NCBI GenBank assembly: GCA_052386635.1
Contig: JBQTJY010000090.1
Span: 1-35,330, forward strand
DNA from: Nitrososphaerota archaeon
Lineage (GTDB): Archaea; Thermoproteota; Nitrososphaeria; Nitrososphaerales; Nitrosopumilaceae
Length of the DNA: 35,330 bases
Reading direction: 5' to 3'
Each line of letters opens with the position of its first letter. The first letter of the stretch is position 1. The translations under genes were made by a program, and so were the position numbers. A model generated the notes under the pieces. That model made no database searches, was not told where the DNA came from, and saw nothing but the letters and a program-made list of their open reading frames with translations. This document shows, in pieces, positions 1 through 8,600 of the stretch.

Positions 1-746
1 TGGGTTTTGGTTTTACTTTTTAATATTTCCAATATTGCATTTTTCATATCTATTACTTTGTAAGCCTTTAATTTTGGTACGAATACTTCGCCGCCTCTAG
101 CGTTTTTTATAACTCTTAATATCAAATCTAATGCCTCATTCATTGTTATATTAAATCGCGTCATATTTGGATCAGTAATTGTGATTTTTTTACCGCTTTT
201 AATCTGATTTACTAAAGTTGGTACAAGTGATCCTCTACTGCCTAATACATTGCCGTACCTTACACAAGCAAATTTAATCTTGTGACTTCCTTTGTAATAG
301 TTTGCTAAGATGAATATTTTTTCCATCAATAATTTTGTTGCACCGTAGGCATTAAATGGAGATACAGCTTTATCGGTTCCAACTGCTAGCGCAAATTTTA
401 CATTTGACTGTAAGCATGCATCTACTACATTTTGTGCACCAACAACGTTTGTTTTTATTGCCTCAAATGGATTGTATTCTATGACTGGTACTTGTTTTAA
501 CGCAGCAGCATGTATGACTATATCGATATCTTCTAATGCTGTTTCCAGTCTTTCTTTATCTCTTACATCTCCAATTAAGAATCTTAATCTTTTATCATTG
601 AATTTTGCTTCCAATTGACTTTGTTTTAATTCGTCTCTGCTAAAAATTCGAATTCTTTTTACATTTGTTTTTAATAATCTTTCAGTTAAGGCAGTGCCAA
701 GTGAGCCAGTACCTCCAGTAATGAGTACTTGTTTTCCATCAAACAT
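1..746 (-). CDS. pseB: UDP-N-acetylglucosamine 4,6-dehydratase, CapD/FlaA1/PseB family (extended SDR); C-terminal end cut by the left window edge
   Basis: Not in the ORF track because it runs off the edge. The reverse strand from ATG (746..744) reads MFDGKQVLITGGTGSLGTAL...FLIGDVRDKERLE...SPFNAYGATKLLMEK. This gives a GxGxxG Rossmann motif, DVRD and the YxxxK catalytic pair typical of PseB/FlaA1/CapD dehydratases. Confidence 0.75.
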   Translation of the reverse strand, partial: MFDGKQVLITGGTGSLGTALTERLLKTNVKRIRIFSRDELKQSQLEAKFNDKRLRFLIGDVRDKERLETALEDIDIVIHAAALKQVPVIEYNPFEAIKTNVVGAQNVVDACLQSNVKFALAVGTDKAVSPFNAYGATKLLMEKIFILANYYKGSHKIKFACVRYGNVLGSRGSLVPTLVNQIKSGKKITITDPNMTRFNITMNEALDLILRVIKNARGGEVFVPKLKAYKVIDMKNAILEILKSKTKT

Positions 747-851
747 TATCAAAATAATTTGTCAACAGTAAAAGAATCTTACGGCTAAATTATCTTAAAT
801 CGCTACATACTAAACAAAAACTAATTATGACTAAAAACTAGAGTTTAGAAC

Positions 852-2018
852 ATGGCAAATGATACTGTCATAATAAATGGATTAGTAAGAGAATATCCTG
901 AATTTAGATATAGCACCAAAGAGTTAGTTGATATTTTAGGAAATAAGCTTTCAGAAAAAGTTAGAGATAACATTCAACAACTGGGAGTAGATTATCGCTA
1001 TTTTACAAGACCGTTTGAACGTTATATTGGAAATACGGGAGAACGAATTAGATCCTTCGATGATGGTGAACCAATCTCAGATCTTTGTACTAAAGTGGCA
1101 AAAAAATGTTTACAAAAATTGGGTTTGAAATTAAATGATATAACTTGTTTGGTTACTGCATATGAGGATAATGATTTTTTGAGTCCAGGATTAGGTTCAC
1201 TTCTTGTCACAAAAATAGGATTTTCCAATTTTATGCCACACTATAATATTCAAGGTATGGCATGTTCTACATTGCCAAAATTATTAGAACTAGGAAAAAA
1301 TCTACTTCATAATGACAATGACAAGATATTGTTTGTTATTTCCGGTTGTAACTCTGGATGGTATCTCCCACATCTTAAAGATGATATGTTTGTACTAAAT
1401 CCAAAAGAGATTGGAGAAAAACAATACGATCGAGAAAAACAGATTAAAAAATGGGTTTCAACTATGTTTTCATTCTTATTTGGTGATGGTGTTGCAGCTT
1501 TTGTATTAAGTAAAACTAGTTTAGAAACCAACACTATAAAAATTGGAAAAATAACCCATGCCGTAAATTTTGATACTTCTGATTACAGAAAAGCATGTGT
1601 CAGATTAGTAGGTCATCAATCAAATCATCTTTACGAACATGAACTAACAGCAGAAAGTGATATATTGAAAAGATCTCTTGAATATTCAAAAAAAGTTTTA
1701 GCTAGATCATTTGGAAATGATATTGAAATTTATGATGAACAACAAACAGAGTCTTTTATGTCAGAACAAAAGAAAGTTATGATTCATACAGGAAGCTTAA
1801 AAATCCTTGATGGATTTAAAAACCTCTACAAGTTAAAAGATAATCAGATACAGGAATCCTACGATACTCTACGTGAATATGGAAATTTGACTGGAGTTAG
1901 TATTCCCACGGTTATGGATAAAGCAATGTTTCATAATAATCAAATTAAAGGAAAAGGCCTGTTAATTGGTATTACAATGGGTTTTGGTTTAGATATAGTA
2001 GAAGTAGAAAAAATCTAA
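852..2018 (+). CDS. FAE1/type III polyketide synthase-like 3-ketoacyl-CoA synthase (thiolase fold, KAS III-like condensing enzyme)
   Basis: 388 aa. YNIQGMACSTLPKLLELGKNLL resembles the active-site Cys segment of FAE1/KCS and type III PKS enzymes (GMGCSAG-like). MIHTGSLKILDG (His) and EYGNLTGVSIPTVMD (Asn) complete a Cys-His-Asn triad. Confidence 0.7.
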   Translation: MANDTVIINGLVREYPEFRYSTKELVDILGNKLSEKVRDNIQQLGVDYRYFTRPFERYIGNTGERIRSFDDGEPISDLCTKVAKKCLQKLGLKLNDITCLVTAYEDNDFLSPGLGSLLVTKIGFSNFMPHYNIQGMACSTLPKLLELGKNLLHNDNDKILFVISGCNSGWYLPHLKDDMFVLNPKEIGEKQYDREKQIKKWVSTMFSFLFGDGVAAFVLSKTSLETNTIKIGKITHAVNFDTSDYRKACVRLVGHQSNHLYEHELTAESDILKRSLEYSKKVLARSFGNDIEIYDEQQTESFMSEQKKVMIHTGSLKILDGFKNLYKLKDNQIQESYDTLREYGNLTGVSIPTVMDKAMFHNNQIKGKGLLIGITMGFGLDIVEVEKI

Positions 2019-2058
2019 ATTTGTCAAAATTAAACATATTATAAAAATAACGCCAATA

Positions 2059-2814
2059 TTATTTTACAGATACCCCTCCATCAACTGCTAGAATTGAACC
2101 AGTAGTCCAAGAAGAATCATCAGATGCAAAATATAAAACAGCTTTAGCAATATCTTCTCCAGTTCCAATTCTTCCAAGCGGGTGTTCAGCTGAAGCAACT
2201 TTTCTTTTTTCTTTTGTATTTAGCCAAAACAATTTTGTCATATCAGTATCAACTACCGCAGCACAAATGCAATTTACACGAATATTATTTTTAGCATATT
2301 CTAAAGCCAAGTTTTTTGTAAGATGAATTAAGGCTGCTTTTGACACAGAATATGCATCAGCATAAAAATTTTCAAATGTTTTCAAACCTGCATCTGATGA
2401 TATGTTAATAATTGAACCACCTCTAATTTTCATAAATGGTATTACAGTCTTTGTAAATCTAAATTGTCCAGTTAAATTCACATCTATTACATTATTCCAT
2501 TCTTTTTCAGATATTTTATGTAACAGTTTCATCTCTGGAAATATCCCTGCGTTGTTTACTAAAATATCAATTTTTCCAAATTTTTTGATAGTCTGATTGA
2601 CAACATGCTTAACATCGTTTTCTTTACGAATGTCACCGCAAACAAAAAACGCTGCTCCTATTTCCTTAGATGTTTTTCTCAACATTTTTTCATTCTTAGA
2701 AGTTATTATTACACACGCATCTTCTTCAACAAATAATTTCGCTATAGCTTTTCCTATTCCGCGACTTCCACCTGTAATTAACGCAACCTTTCCAGAAAGC
2801 TTCATACTTTTCAC
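2059..2814 (-). CDS. short-chain dehydrogenase/reductase, FabG-like 3-ketoacyl reductase
   Basis: 251 aa. Contains TGGSRGIGKAIA cofactor motif, NNAG and the YSVSK catalytic Tyr-Lys. A 4-nt overlap (2811..2814) with the upstream GNAT gene suggests co-translation. Confidence 0.85.
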   Translation of the reverse strand: MKSMKLSGKVALITGGSRGIGKAIAKLFVEEDACVIITSKNEKMLRKTSKEIGAAFFVCGDIRKENDVKHVVNQTIKKFGKIDILVNNAGIFPEMKLLHKISEKEWNNVIDVNLTGQFRFTKTVIPFMKIRGGSIINISSDAGLKTFENFYADAYSVSKAALIHLTKNLALEYAKNNIRVNCICAAVVDTDMTKLFWLNTKEKRKVASAEHPLGRIGTGEDIAKAVLYFASDDSSWTTGSILAVDGGVSVK

Positions 2815-3479
2815 ACTAAAATTTTAAATTCAATATCTCCAAAATTTTTCATCAAATTCTCTTTGGTAAGTTCAATTATGTTGAAATATCTTTCTACAGG
2901 TTTGTTATTGGATTTCGATTTTTTTTCTTCCCATTTTATTCCATCTTTGGTTTTTTTCTGTTCAACTGGTACTACATCAATTGTAATCCACCCACATTTT
3001 TTATGAATATTCATCATTTTCTCATTATCTGAAAACAAAAATCCTGTTATCTTTGACAATTTTAGTCCCTCAAACATCCATCGTAGATAGACTTTTTCCA
3101 CAACAGTCATGAGCCCAGGTAAATTGTATGTAGGATCCTTTATCATTGTATCCAACATAGCGGAATTTGTTTTTTTATCATATGCCGCCGTGCTTATAAT
3201 TCCTATTTTTTTATTATCTACATATATCATAAATACAATTTTTTCAGGATTTTCTAAAACTCCTTTTTTAATCCATTTTCTTGTTTTTTCTTCACTCATT
3301 TTAAAATCAGTTCCAAACATGTTTCTGTATTTTTTTCTCCAATTATATAGAAGGTTTACTGTTTCATCAGACTCATCAACTAGTTTTAAAATGGCATTTT
3401 TTCCATTATGTTTGATTTTTATAAAATCAACACAGCCTAGATTTTTTATTTCTTTTAATTTTTCGTGATAGTAAGTCAT
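2811..3479 (-). CDS. GNAT-family N-acyltransferase (RimJ/RimL-like)
   Basis: 222 aa. The C-terminal half (PGLMTVVEKVYLRWMFEGLKLSKITGFLFSDNEKMMNIHKKCGW) follows the GNAT acetyl-CoA-binding and beta-bulge pattern. It lies in an operon with the sugar aminotransferase. Confidence 0.5.
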   Translation of the reverse strand: MTYYHEKLKEIKNLGCVDFIKIKHNGKNAILKLVDESDETVNLLYNWRKKYRNMFGTDFKMSEEKTRKWIKKGVLENPEKIVFMIYVDNKKIGIISTAAYDKKTNSAMLDTMIKDPTYNLPGLMTVVEKVYLRWMFEGLKLSKITGFLFSDNEKMMNIHKKCGWITIDVVPVEQKKTKDGIKWEEKKSKSNNKPVERYFNIIELTKENLMKNFGDIEFKILV

Positions 3480-3541
3480 ATCAATCTGCGGATAAATAAC
3501 AAAAATTTTTCATATTGATTCGTTTATTTTATTATTACAAA

Positions 3542-4642
3542 TCACGCAAATTTATTTACTAATCTTATTATCTCATCAACATCATTTTCTGAAAGGTTAG
3601 GATGAATAGGTATAGTAACTATTTGTTTCCCGACTATCTCTGTTATTGGTAAATTCAATTTTTTCTTATATAAGGACATTGTATGAATCGGTTTATAATG
3701 AATTCCGGTCTCAACATTTTGTTCTTTCATTTTTTTCATAAACTTATCCCTATTTTTTACTTGTATCCAATATAGGTGATATGAACAATCTTTATTGTAT
3801 GGCATTTTATTTTCCAATGTAATTTCATTTGAATATTTTTTTGCAATAGCCTTTCTTTCCATATTTGTTTGGTCTAATTTTTTTAGTTGTTCTAATCCGA
3901 TCGATGCAGAAAACTCATTCATATAATAATTCCAACCTAATTGAGTAACATCATATTTAGCATCCTTTCTATTTGAAATTCCACACCATCTGAGAATTTT
4001 AACTTTATTTTGAAAAAATCTGTTGTTCTTTCCGTTTAAAGTAACGGCACCGCCTGTGGGCATAGCCAAATTTTTCACGGGGTGGAAACTAAAACAGACT
4101 ATAGTCCCATGACTTCCAATTTTCTTTCCCTTATATGATGCACCTGCAGCATGTGCGGCATCTTCAACTAATTGAATATCAAACGTATTACATAATTTTT
4201 GTATGTTACCTAAATCACTTGGCATGCCACCAAAATGAACTGGTAGAATTACCTTAGTTTTCTTCGTAATGTGTTTCTTAATCTTTTTAACATCTATACA
4301 TAAAGTATTCGGTTCAACATCAACAAAAACTGGAATTCCACCATTGTAAATTACTGCATGAGCAGTTGAAACAAATGATAAAGACGGTAAAACGACTTCT
4401 TTATTTTTTATATCTATTAGTGATAATGCCAAATGCAGTGCTGCAGTTCCGCTATTTAATGCGACGCAACTATCTGCTTTAATGTATTTTTTAAACGCGT
4501 TTTCAAATTTTAAAACATTACCAGTACCTGTACCCGATGCCCAAAACCCACTTTTTAGAGTCTTTTTTAATGCTAACTCTTCCGCATATCCAATTACTGG
4601 ATCAAACAACTTGATTTTCTTCATTTTAAAATCACTAAACAT
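3542..4642 (-). CDS. pseC: DegT/DnrJ/EryC1/StrS-family PLP-dependent nucleotide-sugar aminotransferase (PseC-like)
   Basis: 366 aa. Contains SGTAALHLAL, DAAHAAGA and SFHPVKNL (PLP lysine), typical of sugar 4-aminotransferases. It sits between two GNAT genes and near pseB, pseG and pseI. Confidence 0.8.
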   Translation of the reverse strand: MFSDFKMKKIKLFDPVIGYAEELALKKTLKSGFWASGTGTGNVLKFENAFKKYIKADSCVALNSGTAALHLALSLIDIKNKEVVLPSLSFVSTAHAVIYNGGIPVFVDVEPNTLCIDVKKIKKHITKKTKVILPVHFGGMPSDLGNIQKLCNTFDIQLVEDAAHAAGASYKGKKIGSHGTIVCFSFHPVKNLAMPTGGAVTLNGKNNRFFQNKVKILRWCGISNRKDAKYDVTQLGWNYYMNEFSASIGLEQLKKLDQTNMERKAIAKKYSNEITLENKMPYNKDCSYHLYWIQVKNRDKFMKKMKEQNVETGIHYKPIHTMSLYKKKLNLPITEIVGKQIVTIPIHPNLSENDVDEIIRLVNKFA

Positions 4643-5093
4643 CTGGATTAATTATTTCATAGATATACTCTAAACCAGTAAATCCAAGTTTTTTAAAAAA
4701 TTCTTGCTGCTTGATATTATTAGGTGCAATATTTACAAGATATCTGCCTCTAGGATTTTTTTCCATTAATAATTTCACTGCTTTTCTACCAATACCTTTT
4801 CTTTGAAATTTTTTTTTAATAGATATCCCAATTTCGTCCTTTAACGATAGATAGATTGAACCAACTTTTTGTTCATTAGATTTTATTATATACCATTTTT
4901 TGTAAGGTTTTTTCATTACAAATCTAACATGTTCATCATATGTTGGCAATTTTTTATGAGATATATTTGTCCGAGGATCCCGCATCTTTAGAAGTTCATA
5001 TAGGAATTCATAGTCTGCTTTGGTAACTTTTTCTAAAACTACATCTTGAAACTTATCAACCACATGGCATAATCTTTGCGTCATGTATTTCAT
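4635..5093 (-). CDS. GNAT N-acetyltransferase (candidate PseH-type acetyltransferase)
   Basis: Contains the QRKGIGRKAVKLLM motif A (Q/RxxGxG/A). The track ORF extends to 5198, but that extension overlaps the divergent gene at 5150 and looks non-protein-like. ATG at 5093 (MKYMTQ...) or 5084 is more plausible. An 8-nt overlap with the pseC-like gene suggests an operon. Confidence 0.65.
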   Translation of the reverse strand: MKYMTQRLCHVVDKFQDVVLEKVTKADYEFLYELLKMRDPRTNISHKKLPTYDEHVRFVMKKPYKKWYIIKSNEQKVGSIYLSLKDEIGISIKKKFQRKGIGRKAVKLLMEKNPRGRYLVNIAPNNIKQQEFFKKLGFTGLEYIYEIINPDV

Positions 5094-5149
5094 TATATCT
5101 ATGAAATTTTTCTTGATATTATTAATAAAGCACAATAATTGAAGTTCTG

Positions 5150-5905
5150 TTGTTGGACAATCATTTGGTAGTAGGTTTAGGAGAAATAGGAACACCAATT
5201 CTAAAACTTATATCAAAAAAATTCAATGTAGTAGGTTATGACATAAACCCTAAATTAATGAATAAACGTAGGTATGAGAAATTAAAAAACCAGCAAATAG
5301 TTTTTGTACATACATGCATACCATTTTCTGATAATTTTGTAAAAAATGTAATTGAGATTGCTAAAAAACATAATCCTCGGGGAATTGTGATTCATAGCAC
5401 TATCAGTCCACATACTACAGAAAAACTTCAGAAACATCTGAGAATTCCGGTAATTTACAGTGCTACAAGAGGCGTTCATAAGAGAATGCTCTATGATCTA
5501 ACACGATATACAAAATTTTTTGCCATCGAATCCAATGCTCCAAATAAAAAATGGGCATCTATGACATATTCAAAAATGATGAAAAAGTGTGGCATAAAAA
5601 CAAAACAAATGTCTAGTCCAATAGTATTGGAACTTGCAAAAATAGTAGTTGACACGTCATATTATGGATGGCTGATTAATTATGCTCAATTAAGTAATAT
5701 TATTGCAATTAAAAATAAAGTTGATTATGATGAAATGTGGAGTTTTGCAGATGAAATCCACAAATTCCTAGGTAACAGACCTAAAATGTTTCCAGGATTT
5801 ATTGGGGGACACTGTGTTATTCCTAACCTTGATCTGATAAAAAATCAAACTTTAGATATAATAAGAGAAATTAATTTAGAATATTCGAAGATTCTAAAAA
5901 AATAA
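5150..5905 (+). CDS. short NAD-binding UDP-glucose/GDP-mannose dehydrogenase-like protein (lacks the C-terminal nucleotide-sugar-binding domain)
   Basis: 251 aa with a TTG start. Has an N-terminal VVGLGEIGTPI Rossmann motif, a central LELAKIVVDTSYYGWLINYAQLSNI helix pattern, and FIGGHCVIPNL resembling the catalytic-Cys motif (GGHC/GGSC) of nucleotide-sugar dehydrogenases. The ORF ends about 30 aa after that Cys. Confidence 0.5.
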   Translation: MLDNHLVVGLGEIGTPILKLISKKFNVVGYDINPKLMNKRRYEKLKNQQIVFVHTCIPFSDNFVKNVIEIAKKHNPRGIVIHSTISPHTTEKLQKHLRIPVIYSATRGVHKRMLYDLTRYTKFFAIESNAPNKKWASMTYSKMMKKCGIKTKQMSSPIVLELAKIVVDTSYYGWLINYAQLSNIIAIKNKVDYDEMWSFADEIHKFLGNRPKMFPGFIGGHCVIPNLDLIKNQTLDIIREINLEYSKILKK

Positions 5906-5919
5906 TTATTTTATTAAAA

Positions 5920-6930
5920 CTATATTCTACTTTTGATAAACTCAATAGACTTTATTGGTGAGGGATCTGTTTTTCCTATTAATGCACGATAAATTGATGC
6001 ATAATCTAAAAGATATATGAAATGTGTTATTTTTGATAAGATACTGCCGCTAATTGAATAAACTTCTTTATAATCAATCCCATTAACTTTAAAATATTCT
6101 TTTAGAATTTTCCATCTCTCTTTTGTTTTAATGTAATCCTCTTTTCCTTCTAATAGAATAGGTTGAACATTTGAAGGTTGTTCCCATGAAACTATTCCAT
6201 TATGGCATGCTTCAACTACATCTTCAGTAATAACATGAATTTTTGCATTTTCTTGTAGTGAATTTTTAAATCTTATTGCAGCAGCCTGTAGCCCCCACGG
6301 ATAATAGATAATCGGTATTTCAGTTATCCAATACGCTACATCTAGTGCAGGATTGTTTTTTGTGAGATTTGATGAGTTAATCTCTTCGTTGAGATTCTCC
6401 AAGCCGCTTATGGATTCTAAAATATCATTTTTAGTTAATGGGAGTATGTTATCTAAAACATTTAGCATGCTATACAGAAATGCAGTAAATGATGCTCTTG
6501 GTGAATGAATTAAGGGAATTTTCCTATGTTCTAGTTTGTATTTTTTACAATATGTTTCCATTTTTCCTCCAGATGAAAACGCAATAGTCTTGTTTTTTGC
6601 CTTTTTTGCCAAATCTAAGATAGTATTAGTTTCTGTGGTGTTTCCAGATACACTAGTAGTAACTACTAATGTGTTTGAATTCACAGTGTTGGGAAGATGA
6701 TATCCTTTAACGACAGAAACATGGATTTTTGTTTTAGATAATATTGCTGAAAATACATCTCCAATTGAACCTGAACCACCCATACCTGCAAAAACAATAT
6801 GGTCTATATCATCAACATCAATTTTCGTAAGATCTTTTTCGAAATATTCTTTGGCAATTTCTGGCCATTTATCATATACTTTATGCATACATTTTGGGTC
6901 ATATTTTTTTACGGTGGAAATATCTAGCAA
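5920..6930 (-). CDS. bifunctional phosphoglucose/phosphomannose isomerase (SIS domain, archaeal PGI/PMI type)
   Basis: 336 aa. Has FAGMGGSGSIGDV and VVTTSVSGNTTET SIS motifs, and the overall length fits archaeal PGI/PMI. TTG start at 6930. Confidence 0.75.
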   Translation of the reverse strand: MLDISTVKKYDPKCMHKVYDKWPEIAKEYFEKDLTKIDVDDIDHIVFAGMGGSGSIGDVFSAILSKTKIHVSVVKGYHLPNTVNSNTLVVTTSVSGNTTETNTILDLAKKAKNKTIAFSSGGKMETYCKKYKLEHRKIPLIHSPRASFTAFLYSMLNVLDNILPLTKNDILESISGLENLNEEINSSNLTKNNPALDVAYWITEIPIIYYPWGLQAAAIRFKNSLQENAKIHVITEDVVEACHNGIVSWEQPSNVQPILLEGKEDYIKTKERWKILKEYFKVNGIDYKEVYSISGSILSKITHFIYLLDYASIYRALIGKTDPSPIKSIEFIKSRI

Positions 6931-7016
6931 TTTGTTATGGAAAGAAGCATTGCAATAAAATACTTAACTACTATTTTCAATCTAAACTCAACATATCAAA
7001 AAATTATGGTTTATAG

Positions 7017-7730
7017 TTAATTATGCTCTATTATCCTTATAATTTTAAAAGCTTCAGCTGCATTTATTCCAGAAACAATGCCCCATTTTTTTGCATTGAT
7101 TCGAATATTCTCTGACGATCTGGGATGTGGAAAGCTTCTTTTTTCATTTTTGTACATTGAAAGTGCTTTAACCTTTTTTTCCAAATATGCGGCTATATTT
7201 ACAAAATAATTTGGACTAAAATCTATAGGATAATTCCATTCCGTTGATGATGGTACTTCAAAACACATTAATTCTTTAACATGTGAACGAAATGGTCTAC
7301 AAGCTGTAAGAGTAGCATTAAAAACTATTTTATGATCAATGTTAAGATCCCCATAATTATTTGTATAAACTCTGAACGGCTTAACTTCGTAAATCTCTTT
7401 TTCTATTGCTTTGACAATTTTTAAAAGTGGAACTGAATCCATCTCGTTATCTGGAAAGTCGTAAAATTTTTGTTTATGGACTTTCAGGATCTTACATGCG
7501 TTTTTAGCATCTTTCTTTAATTCATCAATTTGTTTTTCTATTTTTTTTTGTTCGTTTTTATCAAGATCGTATTTAAGCATATTTTTAAAATTTACAGAAC
7601 GGCGAGAAATTATTCCAGATGTAAGATAAATCACATACACTTTATCGTTTTTTAAAGCATGTTTTAACATTGTCCCACCCATGCCTAACACTTCATCATC
7701 TGGATGTGCTGCGACCACCAGAACGTTCAT
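7017..7730 (-). CDS. PIG-L/LmbE-family N-acetyl-sugar deacetylase
   Basis: 237 aa. The N-terminal VVAAHPDDEVLGMGGT is the signature metal-binding motif of PIG-L deacetylases. There is a downstream HxxH-type His (DLNIDH). Confidence 0.8.
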   Translation of the reverse strand: MNVLVVAAHPDDEVLGMGGTMLKHALKNDKVYVIYLTSGIISRRSVNFKNMLKYDLDKNEQKKIEKQIDELKKDAKNACKILKVHKQKFYDFPDNEMDSVPLLKIVKAIEKEIYEVKPFRVYTNNYGDLNIDHKIVFNATLTACRPFRSHVKELMCFEVPSSTEWNYPIDFSPNYFVNIAAYLEKKVKALSMYKNEKRSFPHPRSSENIRINAKKWGIVSGINAAEAFKIIRIIEHN

Positions 7731-7808
7731 AATTTTTTACCTTATTTCTTGTAATATTAACCGTTATAATCATGATTAGTTGTAAATTTCTGCTTTAAAA
7801 CTGCATGA

Positions 7809-8468
7809 CTAAATCCTTTTTGCAACAAAATTCCATCCTGCAAATTTCTTTTCTTTTGGAATTTTCATTGTGACCATTTTATGTTCTAAAACCAAAATTT
7901 TGAATTTTTTAAATAAGTTTAACAGATGTGATTTATTCGAAAAATGAACAACACCAAGACCTGTAAACTGACCCTTCTTGTATCCTGTTCTGGTATATTT
8001 ATCGACTCTAGTGCCTTGTAAATAATCAGAGTGCTTAATTGAAATCCAATCAACACCAATATACCTAGTATCGGATTTCATTTTTTCGTAAACTAATTCC
8101 AAGCTTTGTTTGATTCCTTCCGTCGTATTGTGAGTAAGTGCACTTCTGTCTAGAATTAGATCAAATTTTTCATTGAACGGTATTTCCTTGGTGAAGTCTG
8201 CGATAACCAAATTTTTCTTAATTTGTGGAAATTTTCTCTTAAGTCTGTTTACTATAGCAAAACTACCATCAATTCCATAATATTTGTAACCCAGTGATAA
8301 AAAGAAAGGAATATTGGCCCCTGACCCAAACCCAAGCTCCAAAACTCGAAAATTCTTCTTGGTAGAATAAGCATAACGCCTTACATAACTAACTACGTCA
8401 GACCATGGCCAAGCATTCATTTGCTTATAGTACCTGTATGCTTGATTCCATTCTTTAGAAAAACTCAT
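7809..8468 (-). CDS. class I SAM-dependent methyltransferase
   Basis: 219 aa. Has VLELGFGSGANIPFF (motif I, GxGxG) and an acidic residue after beta-2 (YYGIDGS). Confidence 0.75.
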   Translation of the reverse strand: MSFSKEWNQAYRYYKQMNAWPWSDVVSYVRRYAYSTKKNFRVLELGFGSGANIPFFLSLGYKYYGIDGSFAIVNRLKRKFPQIKKNLVIADFTKEIPFNEKFDLILDRSALTHNTTEGIKQSLELVYEKMKSDTRYIGVDWISIKHSDYLQGTRVDKYTRTGYKKGQFTGLGVVHFSNKSHLLNLFKKFKILVLEHKMVTMKIPKEKKFAGWNFVAKRI

Positions 8469-8600
8469 GTTGTGTTCTACATTAGGTTATTAATAAAATT
8501 CAATGCATAAAATGTAATTCCATAATAATTTAATGATCTCTAAACTCCAATTCTATTTGACACTAGTAAACGCATTTCAATGGTTTTGCATTTTCATTTT

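Noticed and set aside
1022-3468. Track ORFs antisense to, or out of frame within, the condensing-enzyme, SDR and GNAT genes (1022..1228, 1307..1534, 2402..2596, 2597..2827, 3109..3468). Similar ones occur elsewhere (4482..4673, 5282..5479, 8533..8838, 11134..11319, 11637..11822, 12917..13312, 14117..14323, 14859..15191, 16584..16787, 17804..18031, 18221..18490, 20438..20620, 20676..20879, 22750..22956, 23919..24128, 24217..24414, 24617..24932, 26092..26301, 26690..26902, 27946..28140, 28896..29078, 30618..31103, 31188..31391, 32391..32609, 33458..33721, 34135..34326, 34964..35233).
   Set aside because: All of them lie inside longer ORFs that carry clear family motifs. Their translations are low-complexity (F/L/I/S-rich), as expected from the reverse strand of AT-rich coding sequence, and have no recognisable motifs. 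I treat them as shadow ORFs.
5094-5198. N-terminal extensions produced by the ORF caller: GNAT to 5198, ALDH to 15556, pseG from 9750, oxidase small ORF from 22230, methyltransferase to 17268, hypothetical from 31502.
   Set aside because: The extensions start at TTG or GTG and overlap neighbouring genes or promoters. They translate to non-homologous, hydrophobic or low-complexity sequence. Internal ATG codons preceded by TATA-like boxes fit the family N-termini better.
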